NCBI GenBank assembly: GCA_964618505.1
Contig: CAZUBH010000003.1
Coordinates: 20,687 to 84,686 of the forward strand
Reading direction: 5' to 3'
DNA length: 64,000 nt
DNA from: an uncultured Thermoplasmatales archaeon
GTDB taxonomy: Archaea; Thermoplasmatota; E2; DHVEG-1
The translations under genes and the position numbers were made by a program. This document shows, piece after piece, positions 21,213 through 30,075 of this stretch; the stretch's first letter is position 1; every line of letters begins with the position of its first letter. The notes under the pieces are model-generated. The model was not told where the DNA came from and made no database searches. It was given only the letters and a program-made list of their open reading frames with translations.

Positions 21213-21632
21213 TTAATCTCTAGAAGTTTCATTTAAGCATGTATTAAGAGCTCTCTTTATTAAATTGTTTGTTGCTCTTGAAATGTCAGTAGAAGTAATC
21301 ACACCCACTATTCTGTCCTGTTCTACAACTATTAATTTTTTAATTTGATGTTTTATCATTTTTTCGACGGCAGTTTCAAGGGATTCCATTGGACGTATTG
21401 TAATAATGTTTCTGTTCATTATTTCTGATATTGATGTTTCTTCTGGATTTTTCCGTGCAAGTATTGTCCCACCAATAATATCTCTTTTTGTAACAATGCC
21501 TTTATCCCCATCAATATCAATAGCAATAATGCTTCCAATCTTATTTTCCTTTAGAGAATATGCGGCATCATAAACAGTTTTATTTGAACTAATTGCAACT
21601 AAATTTTTTGCCATTACTTCTTTAACAAGCAT
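21213..21632 (-). CDS. CBS domain pair protein
   Basis: VKEVM...IGSII...GIVTKRDI and IKKLIV...VGVITSTDI. Confidence 0.92.
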   Translation of the reverse strand: MLVKEVMAKNLVAISSNKTVYDAAYSLKENKIGSIIAIDIDGDKGIVTKRDIIGGTILARKNPEETSISEIMNRNIITIRPMESLETAVEKMIKHQIKKLIVVEQDRIVGVITSTDISRATNNLIKRALNTCLNETSRD

Positions 21633-21737
21633 CTCAACACCGTCAAATTTAATTAAGTATATATAAAAACAATTTTTAGAATTTATGTTATATTTTATTC
21701 GAAAATTCTTTATATACCATTAACAAATTATAATTTA

Positions 21738-22802
21738 ATGAAAAAAGTTAAGATTTTGGGAGCTGGGCTTTCAGGATTAAGTGCTTCTATAAATCTTGCT
21801 AAAAATAATTGTGATGTTTTAATTTTTGAAAAAAGAAAAGATTGTGGGTGTAGATTTCATGGTGACTATGAAGGTATTGAAAATTGGTCATCTGAAGTCG
21901 ATGCTTTGGACGAGCTTAAGTTATTGGGGATTAAAAACAATTTTTACTATAAACCGTTTAAAAAAATGTATTTGACTGATGGTATTGATAAAGTTGAATT
22001 TGTATCAAAAAAACCGATATTTTATTTGATTAAGAGGGGAATAACAGAGGAATGTCTTGATCAATCACTAAAAAATCAGGCATTTAAATTAGGGGTTAAG
22101 ATAAAATTTGAATCAAATGTAAAGAACGCTGACATAATAGCAACTGGTCCTTCTAAGGATAAAATTACTGCTGTTGATAAAGGCATTATATTTGATACAG
22201 AAATGGATGATATTGCTGTTGCACTTGTCAATAAAAAAACTTCATTTAAAGGCTATTCTTATCTTTTGGTAAGCAAGGGCTATGGCAGAATTGGATCTGT
22301 AAGTATGTATCAATTTCAGAATATGAATAGATATTTTGAAAATACATATAGGGTTTTTAATAAATTATTTGATTTAGATATTAAAAATCAGAAAAAGTCA
22401 GGTGGAATAGGATCTTTTCGTTTAAACCCTAAATTATTTGAAAATAAAAGCATAGTTGTTGGGGAGGCAGCTGGTCTTCAGGATTTTTTATGGGGATTTG
22501 GTATGAGATATGCGTTTGTATCTGGATATCTTGCAGCAAAAAGCATTATTGAAAATGAATCCTACAAGAAATTAATTAAAAAAAATTTGTCAGATAGATT
22601 AAAAGCATCTATTGTAAATAGATACTATGCAGAAAGAATGGATGATTATGGACGATTTTTAATGAAAACCGGTAAAAGGCTAAAACAATATGAACATATT
22701 AAATTTTTACGAGATACATATAATTTTTCATTATTTTACAGAACAATATACCCAATTGCAAAAACTTCTTTAAAAATAAAATATAAAAAAAGAGCTGATT
22801 AA
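21738..22802 (+). CDS. NAD(P)/FAD-dependent oxidoreductase (geranylgeranyl reductase-like)
   Basis: GAGLSG Rossmann motif, IIATG, VGEAAGLQD..GFG. Confidence 0.8.
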   Translation: MKKVKILGAGLSGLSASINLAKNNCDVLIFEKRKDCGCRFHGDYEGIENWSSEVDALDELKLLGIKNNFYYKPFKKMYLTDGIDKVEFVSKKPIFYLIKRGITEECLDQSLKNQAFKLGVKIKFESNVKNADIIATGPSKDKITAVDKGIIFDTEMDDIAVALVNKKTSFKGYSYLLVSKGYGRIGSVSMYQFQNMNRYFENTYRVFNKLFDLDIKNQKKSGGIGSFRLNPKLFENKSIVVGEAAGLQDFLWGFGMRYAFVSGYLAAKSIIENESYKKLIKKNLSDRLKASIVNRYYAERMDDYGRFLMKTGKRLKQYEHIKFLRDTYNFSLFYRTIYPIAKTSLKIKYKKRAD

Positions 22803-22804
22803 AT

Positions 22805-23086
22805 TCAACAGGTGAGTTCTTCAACCTCTTTTTTACCTTTTTGCATTTCTTCAACTTGTTCTTTGTCAAATCTAAGCAGAAGTGTTTGAAATTCACCGAC
22901 ATGTTCTTTTTCTTCTTTTGCTACATCAAGTAAAACAGTTTTAATATGCTTATTTCTTGCAAGAGCAGCCATTTCTTCATATAAATTGATTGCGTCAAGT
23001 TCTGCAATAAGCGCTGCTCTCAGAATTTCTTTGTCAACATCATCTGGATTGATTTTATTAATATCAATTGGTATTTTTGATAACAA
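22805..23086 (-). CDS. Ferritin-like protein (rubrerythrin/EncFtn-like)
   Basis: AELDAINLYEE and EEKEHVGEF di-iron motifs; start reassigned to TTG 23086 after GGAGG. Confidence 0.88.
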   Translation of the reverse strand: MLSKIPIDINKINPDDVDKEILRAALIAELDAINLYEEMAALARNKHIKTVLLDVAKEEKEHVGEFQTLLLRFDKEQVEEMQKGKKEVEELTC

Positions 23087-23149
23087 ATAATTAACCTCCA
23101 AATCTTTAATGAATTTATCACTATTAAATTTTGATATTTATTAATTAAT

Positions 23150-24049
23150 TCATTTTTTAGCCTTAACGCAATAGTAACTAGGCCTCTCATAAAAAATTAA
23201 AAGTAATTCATAGACAAAAAATATGATAATTAAAAAAGGAACAAATAATGTAAATCTCAAAGATCTCTTCCAATTTTTTTTTATTTTTGATTTTATATTT
23301 GGAAATATTCTGAATACCAAAAATGCATATATGTGCGATTTTTTAACATTTCCTAAAGAAACTAAATCTCTTGTACTTATCTCTCTAAATTTATTCAATT
23401 CTAAATAATTTCTAAATCTATCAATTTCCACATAAAAATTTTTTATATCGTTTTCACTACATTTTAAATCTCTCAAATAATTATAAACATTTACAGTCAA
23501 CGAATTTATAACACGATTTTTTGGAAATGTGTCAATTATCAATAACTCACCTTTATTTTTTAAAATACGATTCATTTCCTTTAAGAACACATTTTTATTT
23601 GGTGAATAGCATGCTGATTCCAAAGCAAAAATTCTATCAAAGTAATCTTTTTCAAAGTTTGAATCCATATAAGATCTTTGGTAAAAATGCAAATTATCCA
23701 ATTTTTTCTGTTTTTTTAATTTATTTGCAATTTCTAATTCGCTTTTTGTAAGCATAATGCCAAAAAAGGTTGAATTTTCATATTTTTCAGAAAGATAAAC
23801 AGACGTCGACCCGATTCCACATCCTGCATCAAGAACTACATAACTATCTTCTTTTTCTAAATTAATCATTTTTTCAATAAAAAGTATCATGTTTTCCATT
23901 GCCTTTCTAATGGTTTTAATTCCTTTTTCATAAAAACCGTAATGATATCCTAATGTAACATCTTCATTTTCTCTTTTTATTTTTTTAGGATTTGACCATA
24001 TGTCTTCATAGTAGTTTTTTGTATCTTTTTCTATTTCAGATAATTTCAT
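23150..24049 (-). CDS. Class I SAM-dependent methyltransferase (tocopherol/sterol MTase-like)
   Basis: YHYGFY, VLDAGCGIG, FDRIFALES. Confidence 0.8.
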   Translation of the reverse strand: MKLSEIEKDTKNYYEDIWSNPKKIKRENEDVTLGYHYGFYEKGIKTIRKAMENMILFIEKMINLEKEDSYVVLDAGCGIGSTSVYLSEKYENSTFFGIMLTKSELEIANKLKKQKKLDNLHFYQRSYMDSNFEKDYFDRIFALESACYSPNKNVFLKEMNRILKNKGELLIIDTFPKNRVINSLTVNVYNYLRDLKCSENDIKNFYVEIDRFRNYLELNKFREISTRDLVSLGNVKKSHIYAFLVFRIFPNIKSKIKKNWKRSLRFTLFVPFLIIIFFVYELLLIFYERPSYYCVKAKK

Positions 24050-24196
24050 TATTATTGAATATTAGAACCATCTATTAAATAATTTAACTACTATACTTTG
24101 AATAAATTATAATCTGCATTTTTACACAAAAATTATATAAAGTAGTAAGGACATAATAATACATGTTAACATGTCATCAATTGTGAGGGATAAATA

Positions 24197-24286
24197 ATGA
24201 TATCTCAATGTTTGAACTGTTCAAAGGTTTATAGAACAAGCAGAAAAAAATGTCCAACATGCGGGTCTGAAATTAAGCGAATTTAG
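24197..24286 (+). CDS. 29-aa zinc-ribbon microprotein
   Basis: MISQCLNCSKVYRTSRKKCPTCGSEIKRI; CxxC...CPxCG; GAGGGA SD. Confidence 0.65.
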   Translation: MISQCLNCSKVYRTSRKKCPTCGSEIKRI

Positions 24287-24294
24287 GAGCAAAA

Positions 24295-24402
24295 ATGAAT
24301 TTAGAAATGAAAAAAGAATGTCCGAAATGCAGGCATACATTTCCTATGGATTTTACAATTTGTCCTAATTGTGGTAAGAAATATAGAAAATTACGTTGCT
24401 AA
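24295..24402 (+). CDS. 35-aa zinc-ribbon microprotein
   Basis: MNLEMKKECPKCRHTFPMDFTICPNCGKKYRKLRC; AGGAG SD overlapping the upstream stop. Confidence 0.65.
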   Translation: MNLEMKKECPKCRHTFPMDFTICPNCGKKYRKLRC

Positions 24403-24406
24403 TTTT

Positions 24407-26278
24407 TTAAAATATATCTCTTTTTTCCCAGTTTTTAAGAATAATTTTTCGAATATCTTCTGAATTTTCTGATTCAATCCATTTTTTTATAAAATCTTTT
24501 ATTTCTGCAATTTGTGTAATCCAAACTAGAGAGTGATAATAAAAACTTTGTTGATCTGGCGAAGCAAGAATAACAAAAAAAGCATAAATTGGTTCAATTT
24601 CATTAGAAATCACTAGACCTTTTTTTGTTCTAATTAAAAGAATTTCAAATTTATCTCTACCAGGAATATTATGTGAAAAGATTGCTATACCAGGATGAAG
24701 CACCATATTTGAATCGTATTTTTTACTTTTTAATATATTATATAATTTTTCTTGCCCAATATCAAGTTTTTTGGAGAGAACCTTAGAAATTAATTTCGTA
24801 AATTTATCAGGATGAAGTAGTTTATCCAAGTCAATTATTTCACAATTTTTTATTATATCTCTAAAACGCTTTTCTTGGATATCATCTCTATCAACCAATA
24901 TTTCTCTTAATTCTTCATCAACAAGATAACCAGTTGATTTCACTCCCGTAATACGTTCAACAACATGAAGAAGTGAGTATTCTCTCCATATTTTATCTCG
25001 TGCAAAAAACCAGTACCAAAGAAACCCAGTAAAAATAAAACAACCAACAAAAATCAAAGGTGCAACACCCATCTGAATTATCAAAAAACTATAACCAACA
25101 ATACCGGCAATCTGTATCCATGGATAAACAGGTGAACGAAAGCTAGGACGATAATTTCTTATTTTGCTCTCCCTCATCATAATAAGGGATAAATTTACAA
25201 AAATAAATAATAAAAGTACAAGAGTTGACGCAGTTTTGACCAGACCTTCTAAGTCTAAAAAGACAATAAGAAATATCATAAAACCGGATGTGAACAATAA
25301 TGAAATGATTGGTGTACCATTTTTAGAAATTTTTGAAAAAATAGATGGTAACAGATGGTCTTTACTGAGAGCCATTGGATATCGTGATGAGGCTAGTAAT
25401 CCAGCGTTTGCTGTGGTTATGAAAGCAAGTACCGCAGCAATACCTAATATAATAAGTCCAATTTCTCCCATAAATACTTCTGCACCTTTTGAAATAGGCA
25501 TCAGTGTGTTGGTAAGTGTACTATGTTCCAATAGACCAATAGTAATGCTCACCACGCCAATATATAAAATAGAGACAATACCCCAAGCAAGAAAAATTCC
25601 TAAAGGCAAGTTTCGCTTTGGTTTACACACTTCTTCAGCAACACTACAAACTTTGGTTAGGCCCATAAATGAAACAAAAACAAAGCCTGTAGTCACAAAT
25701 ATTGATTCAATTCCATGAGTGGCGAATGGTTGGAATCGAGCTAAGTCAATATAAAATAAACCCCCTACAATGTAAAAAATGAGGATGCTAATAAGTCCAA
25801 ACACTAAAACAACCTGAGTTTTACCAGCGTGTTTTACGCCAAATAAGTTAATCACACTAAAGATAATACAGAACGAGACAGCAATTAGTTTGAGGCTCAT
25901 ATCGGTTAATCCAGGATTAAATAGCTGAACAAATGCTCCAATACCAATTAATGCAAATGCAGTTTTTGATGCTAAAGAAAACCAGGATGATAAACCGCCA
26001 ATTGTGCCAACGATAGGCCCCATACTACGGTCAATAAAGAAATAGTCTCCACCTGCCTTAGGCATCGCTGTGGCAAGTTCTGATGTTGAAAGCAAGGTTG
26101 GAATAATTAATAGACTAGCTATTAGATATGATATAATAACAGAAGATCCCGTTTTTGCATAAGCAAGGCCAGGTAATACAAACAAGCCAGAGCTGATCAT
26201 TGCACCTGATGCGATAGAAAAAATATCGATAAGGCCAAGTTCTTTTCTTAATCTACCCGCTTTTTCGCATACATCCAT
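24407..26278 (-). CDS. APC-family amino acid permease with C-terminal PTS EIIA-like domain
   Basis: GAMISSGLF, ELATAMPKAGG, AEE; about 12 TM; soluble C-terminus with PGIAIFSH. Confidence 0.88.
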   Translation of the reverse strand: MDVCEKAGRLRKELGLIDIFSIASGAMISSGLFVLPGLAYAKTGSSVIISYLIASLLIIPTLLSTSELATAMPKAGGDYFFIDRSMGPIVGTIGGLSSWFSLASKTAFALIGIGAFVQLFNPGLTDMSLKLIAVSFCIIFSVINLFGVKHAGKTQVVLVFGLISILIFYIVGGLFYIDLARFQPFATHGIESIFVTTGFVFVSFMGLTKVCSVAEEVCKPKRNLPLGIFLAWGIVSILYIGVVSITIGLLEHSTLTNTLMPISKGAEVFMGEIGLIILGIAAVLAFITTANAGLLASSRYPMALSKDHLLPSIFSKISKNGTPIISLLFTSGFMIFLIVFLDLEGLVKTASTLVLLLFIFVNLSLIMMRESKIRNYRPSFRSPVYPWIQIAGIVGYSFLIIQMGVAPLIFVGCFIFTGFLWYWFFARDKIWREYSLLHVVERITGVKSTGYLVDEELREILVDRDDIQEKRFRDIIKNCEIIDLDKLLHPDKFTKLISKVLSKKLDIGQEKLYNILKSKKYDSNMVLHPGIAIFSHNIPGRDKFEILLIRTKKGLVISNEIEPIYAFFVILASPDQQSFYYHSLVWITQIAEIKDFIKKWIESENSEDIRKIILKNWEKRDIF

Positions 26279-26328
26279 CCAGTAGGAATATATAAATATC
26301 TATTTTTAATGATTTTTGTTGTAATAAA

Positions 26329-26853
26329 TCAATTTTCTACATTTAGTTCTAAAAATTTATGAATTATATTTACAGCACTATCGATATTTGAATATTCTTT
26401 GATAATAAAATTAGGAATTTTTTCTTCAGATATTCCCTTGATCATAGTAGATAGTTTGTTTGGCCAATAATCTTTTTCATATAATGCAAGTATTGGTATT
26501 GGTTTTAGTCCAAGTCTAGGACGTAAATATGCATGGGCAATTTCAACTCCTGTTCCAAGACTTGGTGTAGAAACTTCAAAAACAGCTGCACAAATATTTC
26601 CTTCTATCCCTTCAATCATCTTGTTTCTAACATAAATCCTTCGATCATTTTCGTTTTTTGGTATTGGACCAATAGCTTTTTCGAGCTTTTTTATAGCTTC
26701 GTCATAGCTTTTTCCAGTAGTATGTTCTGTATAAACTTCAAATCCGTTTTCTTTTATTGTATTTATTATTTTTTCATGTATTTTTGCCCTTTCTTTCCTA
26801 TTTTTTGCACCTTGTATCGCAGCACCATAAAATACATTCATATTAATAATCAC
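26329..26853 (-). CDS. Nucleoside 2-deoxyribosyltransferase / dNMP N-hydrolase (RCL-like)
   Basis: VFYGAAIQG, VYTEH, EVSTPSLGTGVEIAHA. Confidence 0.75.
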   Translation of the reverse strand: MIINMNVFYGAAIQGAKNRKERAKIHEKIINTIKENGFEVYTEHTTGKSYDEAIKKLEKAIGPIPKNENDRRIYVRNKMIEGIEGNICAAVFEVSTPSLGTGVEIAHAYLRPRLGLKPIPILALYEKDYWPNKLSTMIKGISEEKIPNFIIKEYSNIDSAVNIIHKFLELNVEN

Positions 26854-27120
26854 TTAATCATAAATTTTTTCAATTTCATTTAAAACCTTTTTACCCTTAT
26901 CAGTTAAAATAAATTTTCTCCAACTTATTTTTTCATCTATAGATTTTAAAATATTTTCTTTTTCTAATTCATTAATTGCTCTTGATATATTTTGTATGGA
27001 TCTATTATTTTCTTTTGCAATATCAGATGGATGAAGTATCTTTTCTTTTTTAAAAGCTTTGATTGCAATCAGACGTCTATCAACATCTATTACCCAAAGT
27101 GCACATTCTCTTATACTCAT
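26854..27120 (-). CDS. Winged-helix transcriptional regulator (MarR-like)
   Basis: HPSDIAKE...NISRAINELEKENIL...LTDKGK. Confidence 0.85.
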   Translation of the reverse strand: MSIRECALWVIDVDRRLIAIKAFKKEKILHPSDIAKENNRSIQNISRAINELEKENILKSIDEKISWRKFILTDKGKKVLNEIEKIYD

Positions 27121-27736
27121 GAGTTTTCTCCATAATTTTTTTTATAAATAATCTGAAATCTAATAGAATATTCAATATTTAATATTTTCTAATAATTAAT
27201 CATAATTTTTCATAACTTAAGATACAAATCGAGCATAATAAACTTTAATAATAAATCATATATATTCATAATTACTAATATGGATATTATATCTTGGAAA
27301 ACTAAAAAATTAAGACTAATAACATCCATTTTGATAATTTCACTAACAATTTTCATATTTATTTTTAATATTATCATTCTCGGTGAGATAAGTAATGTAA
27401 TGATTGTGGCAAGTCTTATTTTGATAATCAAAATTATAGATTTTTTTTATTTGATATTCCAAAAATTAGGAAGAAATAATATTTTTAATTTTTTAATAAA
27501 TTTATATAATTATATAATAATAAATAAGAGAAAGCAAGAATAATAAATATAATTTAATTACCTAAAAAAATTTAATACTATTTGAATTTATACGCACAAC
27601 ATTAGGATTAGAGGTTGGTGATAATCACAATATTAAATAGCTATACACCAAATTAAATAAAGTTTAATTTGATTACAAAAAAATTTTATTATTATATTGG
27701 GTGCGATTTAAAAAATAAAATGAAAAGGTAAATATA

Positions 27737-28282
27737 ATGACTCAGAAGAGGAAGGTTCATAAAAGAGATGTATTTGTATTAGTTACAACTCTTTTTCTTT
27801 TCTGGATTTTATTAACTGTTAATTTTTCATTGAATTTTTTATTTTTTGGTTTTTTAATATCTCTTAGTATAGGTTTGATTGCGACTAGATTAACTCTTGC
27901 TTCTTTAGAAGGCAAAAGAAAAACATTGAAGCAATATTTTTTTGCTACCGAACATTTGTTTGGCTTATTTTTTTCTGCCATTTTTAGAATAACTATTGCA
28001 AATGTTGAACTTATTTATCAAGTTTTAACATTAAAAATAGAACCAAAAATAGTACGATTAAAAGTAAATTTAAGTTCTGATGCTGAATTAACTCTTATCT
28101 CTCATTTAATAACACTTACACCTGGGACTTTAGTTATTGATGTAGATGATTCCAATCAAAAAGGAGAATCTTTTTTATTTATACATTTCTCTTACTATCG
28201 TTCAGCAGAAGAAGATTCTGCTGTAAAAGTAGAAAATAGTATTGAAAGCTGGGATAAAATGATAGGAGCTCTGTTTAAATGA
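27737..28282 (+). CDS. mnhE: Na+/H+ antiporter subunit E (MbhA-like)
   Basis: ISHLITLTPGTLVID, LFIH. Confidence 0.9.
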   Translation: MTQKRKVHKRDVFVLVTTLFLFWILLTVNFSLNFLFFGFLISLSIGLIATRLTLASLEGKRKTLKQYFFATEHLFGLFFSAIFRITIANVELIYQVLTLKIEPKIVRLKVNLSSDAELTLISHLITLTPGTLVIDVDDSNQKGESFLFIHFSYYRSAEEDSAVKVENSIESWDKMIGALFK

Positions 28283-28530
28283 TTGTTTTTATATATTTTT
28301 TGATAGGAGTTTCTATATTTTCGGCTTATAGATTAATTTTTGGCCCAACTATTCAAGATAGACTAGTATCATTAAATAGTATATCTGTAATTTTTATCAT
28401 AATCTTAGCTTTATATAGTTTTGAATCAAAAAATATATTTTTTCTCGATATTGCCATATCGTTTCTTCTTTTGGATTTTATTGGTATGATTGCCTATACT
28501 AAATATCTTGGACATGAGGAGGATAAATGA
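28279..28530 (+). CDS. mnhF: Na+/H+ antiporter subunit F (MbhB-like)
   Basis: RLIFGPTIQDRLV, FLDIAI. Confidence 0.9.
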   Translation: MIVFIYFLIGVSIFSAYRLIFGPTIQDRLVSLNSISVIFIIILALYSFESKNIFFLDIAISFLLLDFIGMIAYTKYLGHEEDK

Positions 28531-28883
28531 TGAATTTTGTTGAAATAATATCGTATATATTTATATCCATTGGTTGCTTTATAATGGCAATCGCCTCTTT
28601 AGGATTGTATAGGTTCCCCGATGTTTATATGAGGCTTCATGCCAGTGCCAAAATAAATACTGGCGGAGCAATGAATATACTATTTGGTTTGATGTTAAGA
28701 TTTGGATTCCAATTGACAACTATTAAATTTTTTGTATTATTAATTTTAATTTTTATTTTAACTCCTGTAATATCGCATGCTATTGCTCGGTCTGCTCATA
28801 TTAAAGGGAAAACAGATTTAATTCCATTCCTAGCGCATTCTAAAGAAAAATTTGCTTTCAAAAATCCTTGGAGAAAAAAATGA
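28527..28883 (+). CDS. mnhG: Na+/H+ antiporter subunit G (MbhC-like)
   Basis: GLYRFPDVYMRLHA, TPVISHAIARSA. Confidence 0.92.
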   Translation: MMNFVEIISYIFISIGCFIMAIASLGLYRFPDVYMRLHASAKINTGGAMNILFGLMLRFGFQLTTIKFFVLLILIFILTPVISHAIARSAHIKGKTDLIPFLAHSKEKFAFKNPWRKK

Positions 28884-29110
28884 TATTAGAAATTTTTCTT
28901 GTTATTCTAGTTATTGCATCAATTTTTTTTGTAATAGCAAAAACTTTGCTAAAATCATTGATTTTTTTATCATTTAATACACTTATACTAGTCATTATAT
29001 TATTTTTACTTCAGGCGCCTGATGTAGCTATAACAATGGCAGTTGTAGGTACCGGAGCTACTACTATTCTTTATTTATCAGTTATAAAAAAATTAGGAGG
29101 ATTAAATTGA
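28880..29110 (+). CDS. DUF4040/MbhD-like antiporter subunit
   Basis: LQAPDVAITMAVVG; ATG at 28880 overlaps the mnhG stop. Confidence 0.85.
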   Translation: MILEIFLVILVIASIFFVIAKTLLKSLIFLSFNTLILVIILFLLQAPDVAITMAVVGTGATTILYLSVIKKLGGLN

Positions 29111-29376
29111 AAAAAAATATTCTTTTTAATCTTTTTGTATTTTTAATACTTGGTTTTTTTGGATTTATAGTTATTTTTTCAACTCAGTTAAAGTATTCTA
29201 CAAATCTAAACACAATTATTTCTACATACTATGTTGAAAATATTTCTTTGACTGGCGCTTTAAACGCGGTTGTTGCAATTTTACTTGACTTTAGAGGCTA
29301 TGATACTTTGGGTGAGATCCTAGTTATTTTTGTTACAATTACTGGCATATCGCTTTTAATTGGGAGGAAAGCATGA
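29107..29376 (+). CDS. MbhE-like antiporter subunit (MrpA C-terminal-like)
   Basis: NAVVAILLDFRGYDTLGE. Confidence 0.88.
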   Translation: MKKNILFNLFVFLILGFFGFIVIFSTQLKYSTNLNTIISTYYVENISLTGALNAVVAILLDFRGYDTLGEILVIFVTITGISLLIGRKA

Positions 29377-29759
29377 CATCTAGGATTGTTAAAACGATTT
29401 CGAGGACCATTATTCCTTTTATTTTTCTATTTGGAGTATATATGATCCTCTTCGGACATATCTCGCCTGGAGGCGGTTTCCAAGGTGGAGTTATTGTGGC
29501 AATGGGAATAATACTGGCTATCGTTGCTTATGGAGAGGACATAATAGAAAGATATAGAACTGAAATATCGCTAATTGAAATACTTGGGGTTGCCTTTTTT
29601 ATTCTTGCAGGTGTGTTTGGGATATTAATCGGTAAATCCTTTTTTTCAAGCCTTAATGCAATATGGATTTTAAACGTTATAATTGGCGTGAAGGTCTGTT
29701 CTGGAATTGTGCTTTTTTTCATGCTTTTTATAAGATGGGAGTATATCGATAATGATTAA
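29373..29759 (+). CDS. mnhB: Na+/H+ antiporter subunit B (MbhF-like)
   Basis: GHISPGGGFQGG. Confidence 0.9.
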   Translation: MTSRIVKTISRTIIPFIFLFGVYMILFGHISPGGGFQGGVIVAMGIILAIVAYGEDIIERYRTEISLIEILGVAFFILAGVFGILIGKSFFSSLNAIWILNVIIGVKVCSGIVLFFMLFIRWEYIDND

Positions 29760-30075
29760 CGGAATAAATGTTGGCATAGTATTATTCCTAATCGGTCTTT
29801 ATGGCATAATTACAAATAAAAATCTAATAAAAATAATTATGTCTTTAGGGATATGTAGTAATGGTATTGTACTATTTTTTATATCAATTGGTTATGTTAA
29901 AAACGCTTTTCCTCCAATTATAGATGTCGCCACGATGAATGTTGTCGACCCTGTTCCGCAAGCATTAATGCTTACTATGATTGTAATAAATCTTTGTGAT
30001 ACAGCAATAGCTTTAGCAGTAATAGTATGGATTCATAAAAAATTTGGAACTGTGGATATTACGGAGATACTATGA
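29752..30075 (+). CDS. mnhC: Na+/H+ antiporter subunit C (MbhG-like)
   Basis: NLIKIIM, DPVPQALMLTMIVI. Confidence 0.92.
   Translation: MINGINVGIVLFLIGLYGIITNKNLIKIIMSLGICSNGIVLFFISIGYVKNAFPPIIDVATMNVVDPVPQALMLTMIVINLCDTAIALAVIVWIHKKFGTVDITEIL

Noticed and set aside
22805-23086. EncFtn-like ferritin suggesting an encapsulin system
   Set aside because: No encapsulin shell gene nearby and no obvious C-terminal targeting peptide; stand-alone forms are common.
27210-27543. Overlapping 87-aa (+) and 73-aa (-) hydrophobic ORFs
   Set aside because: Extremely AT-rich, low-complexity Ile/Leu/Asn translation with no motif; could be a small membrane protein but cannot be supported.
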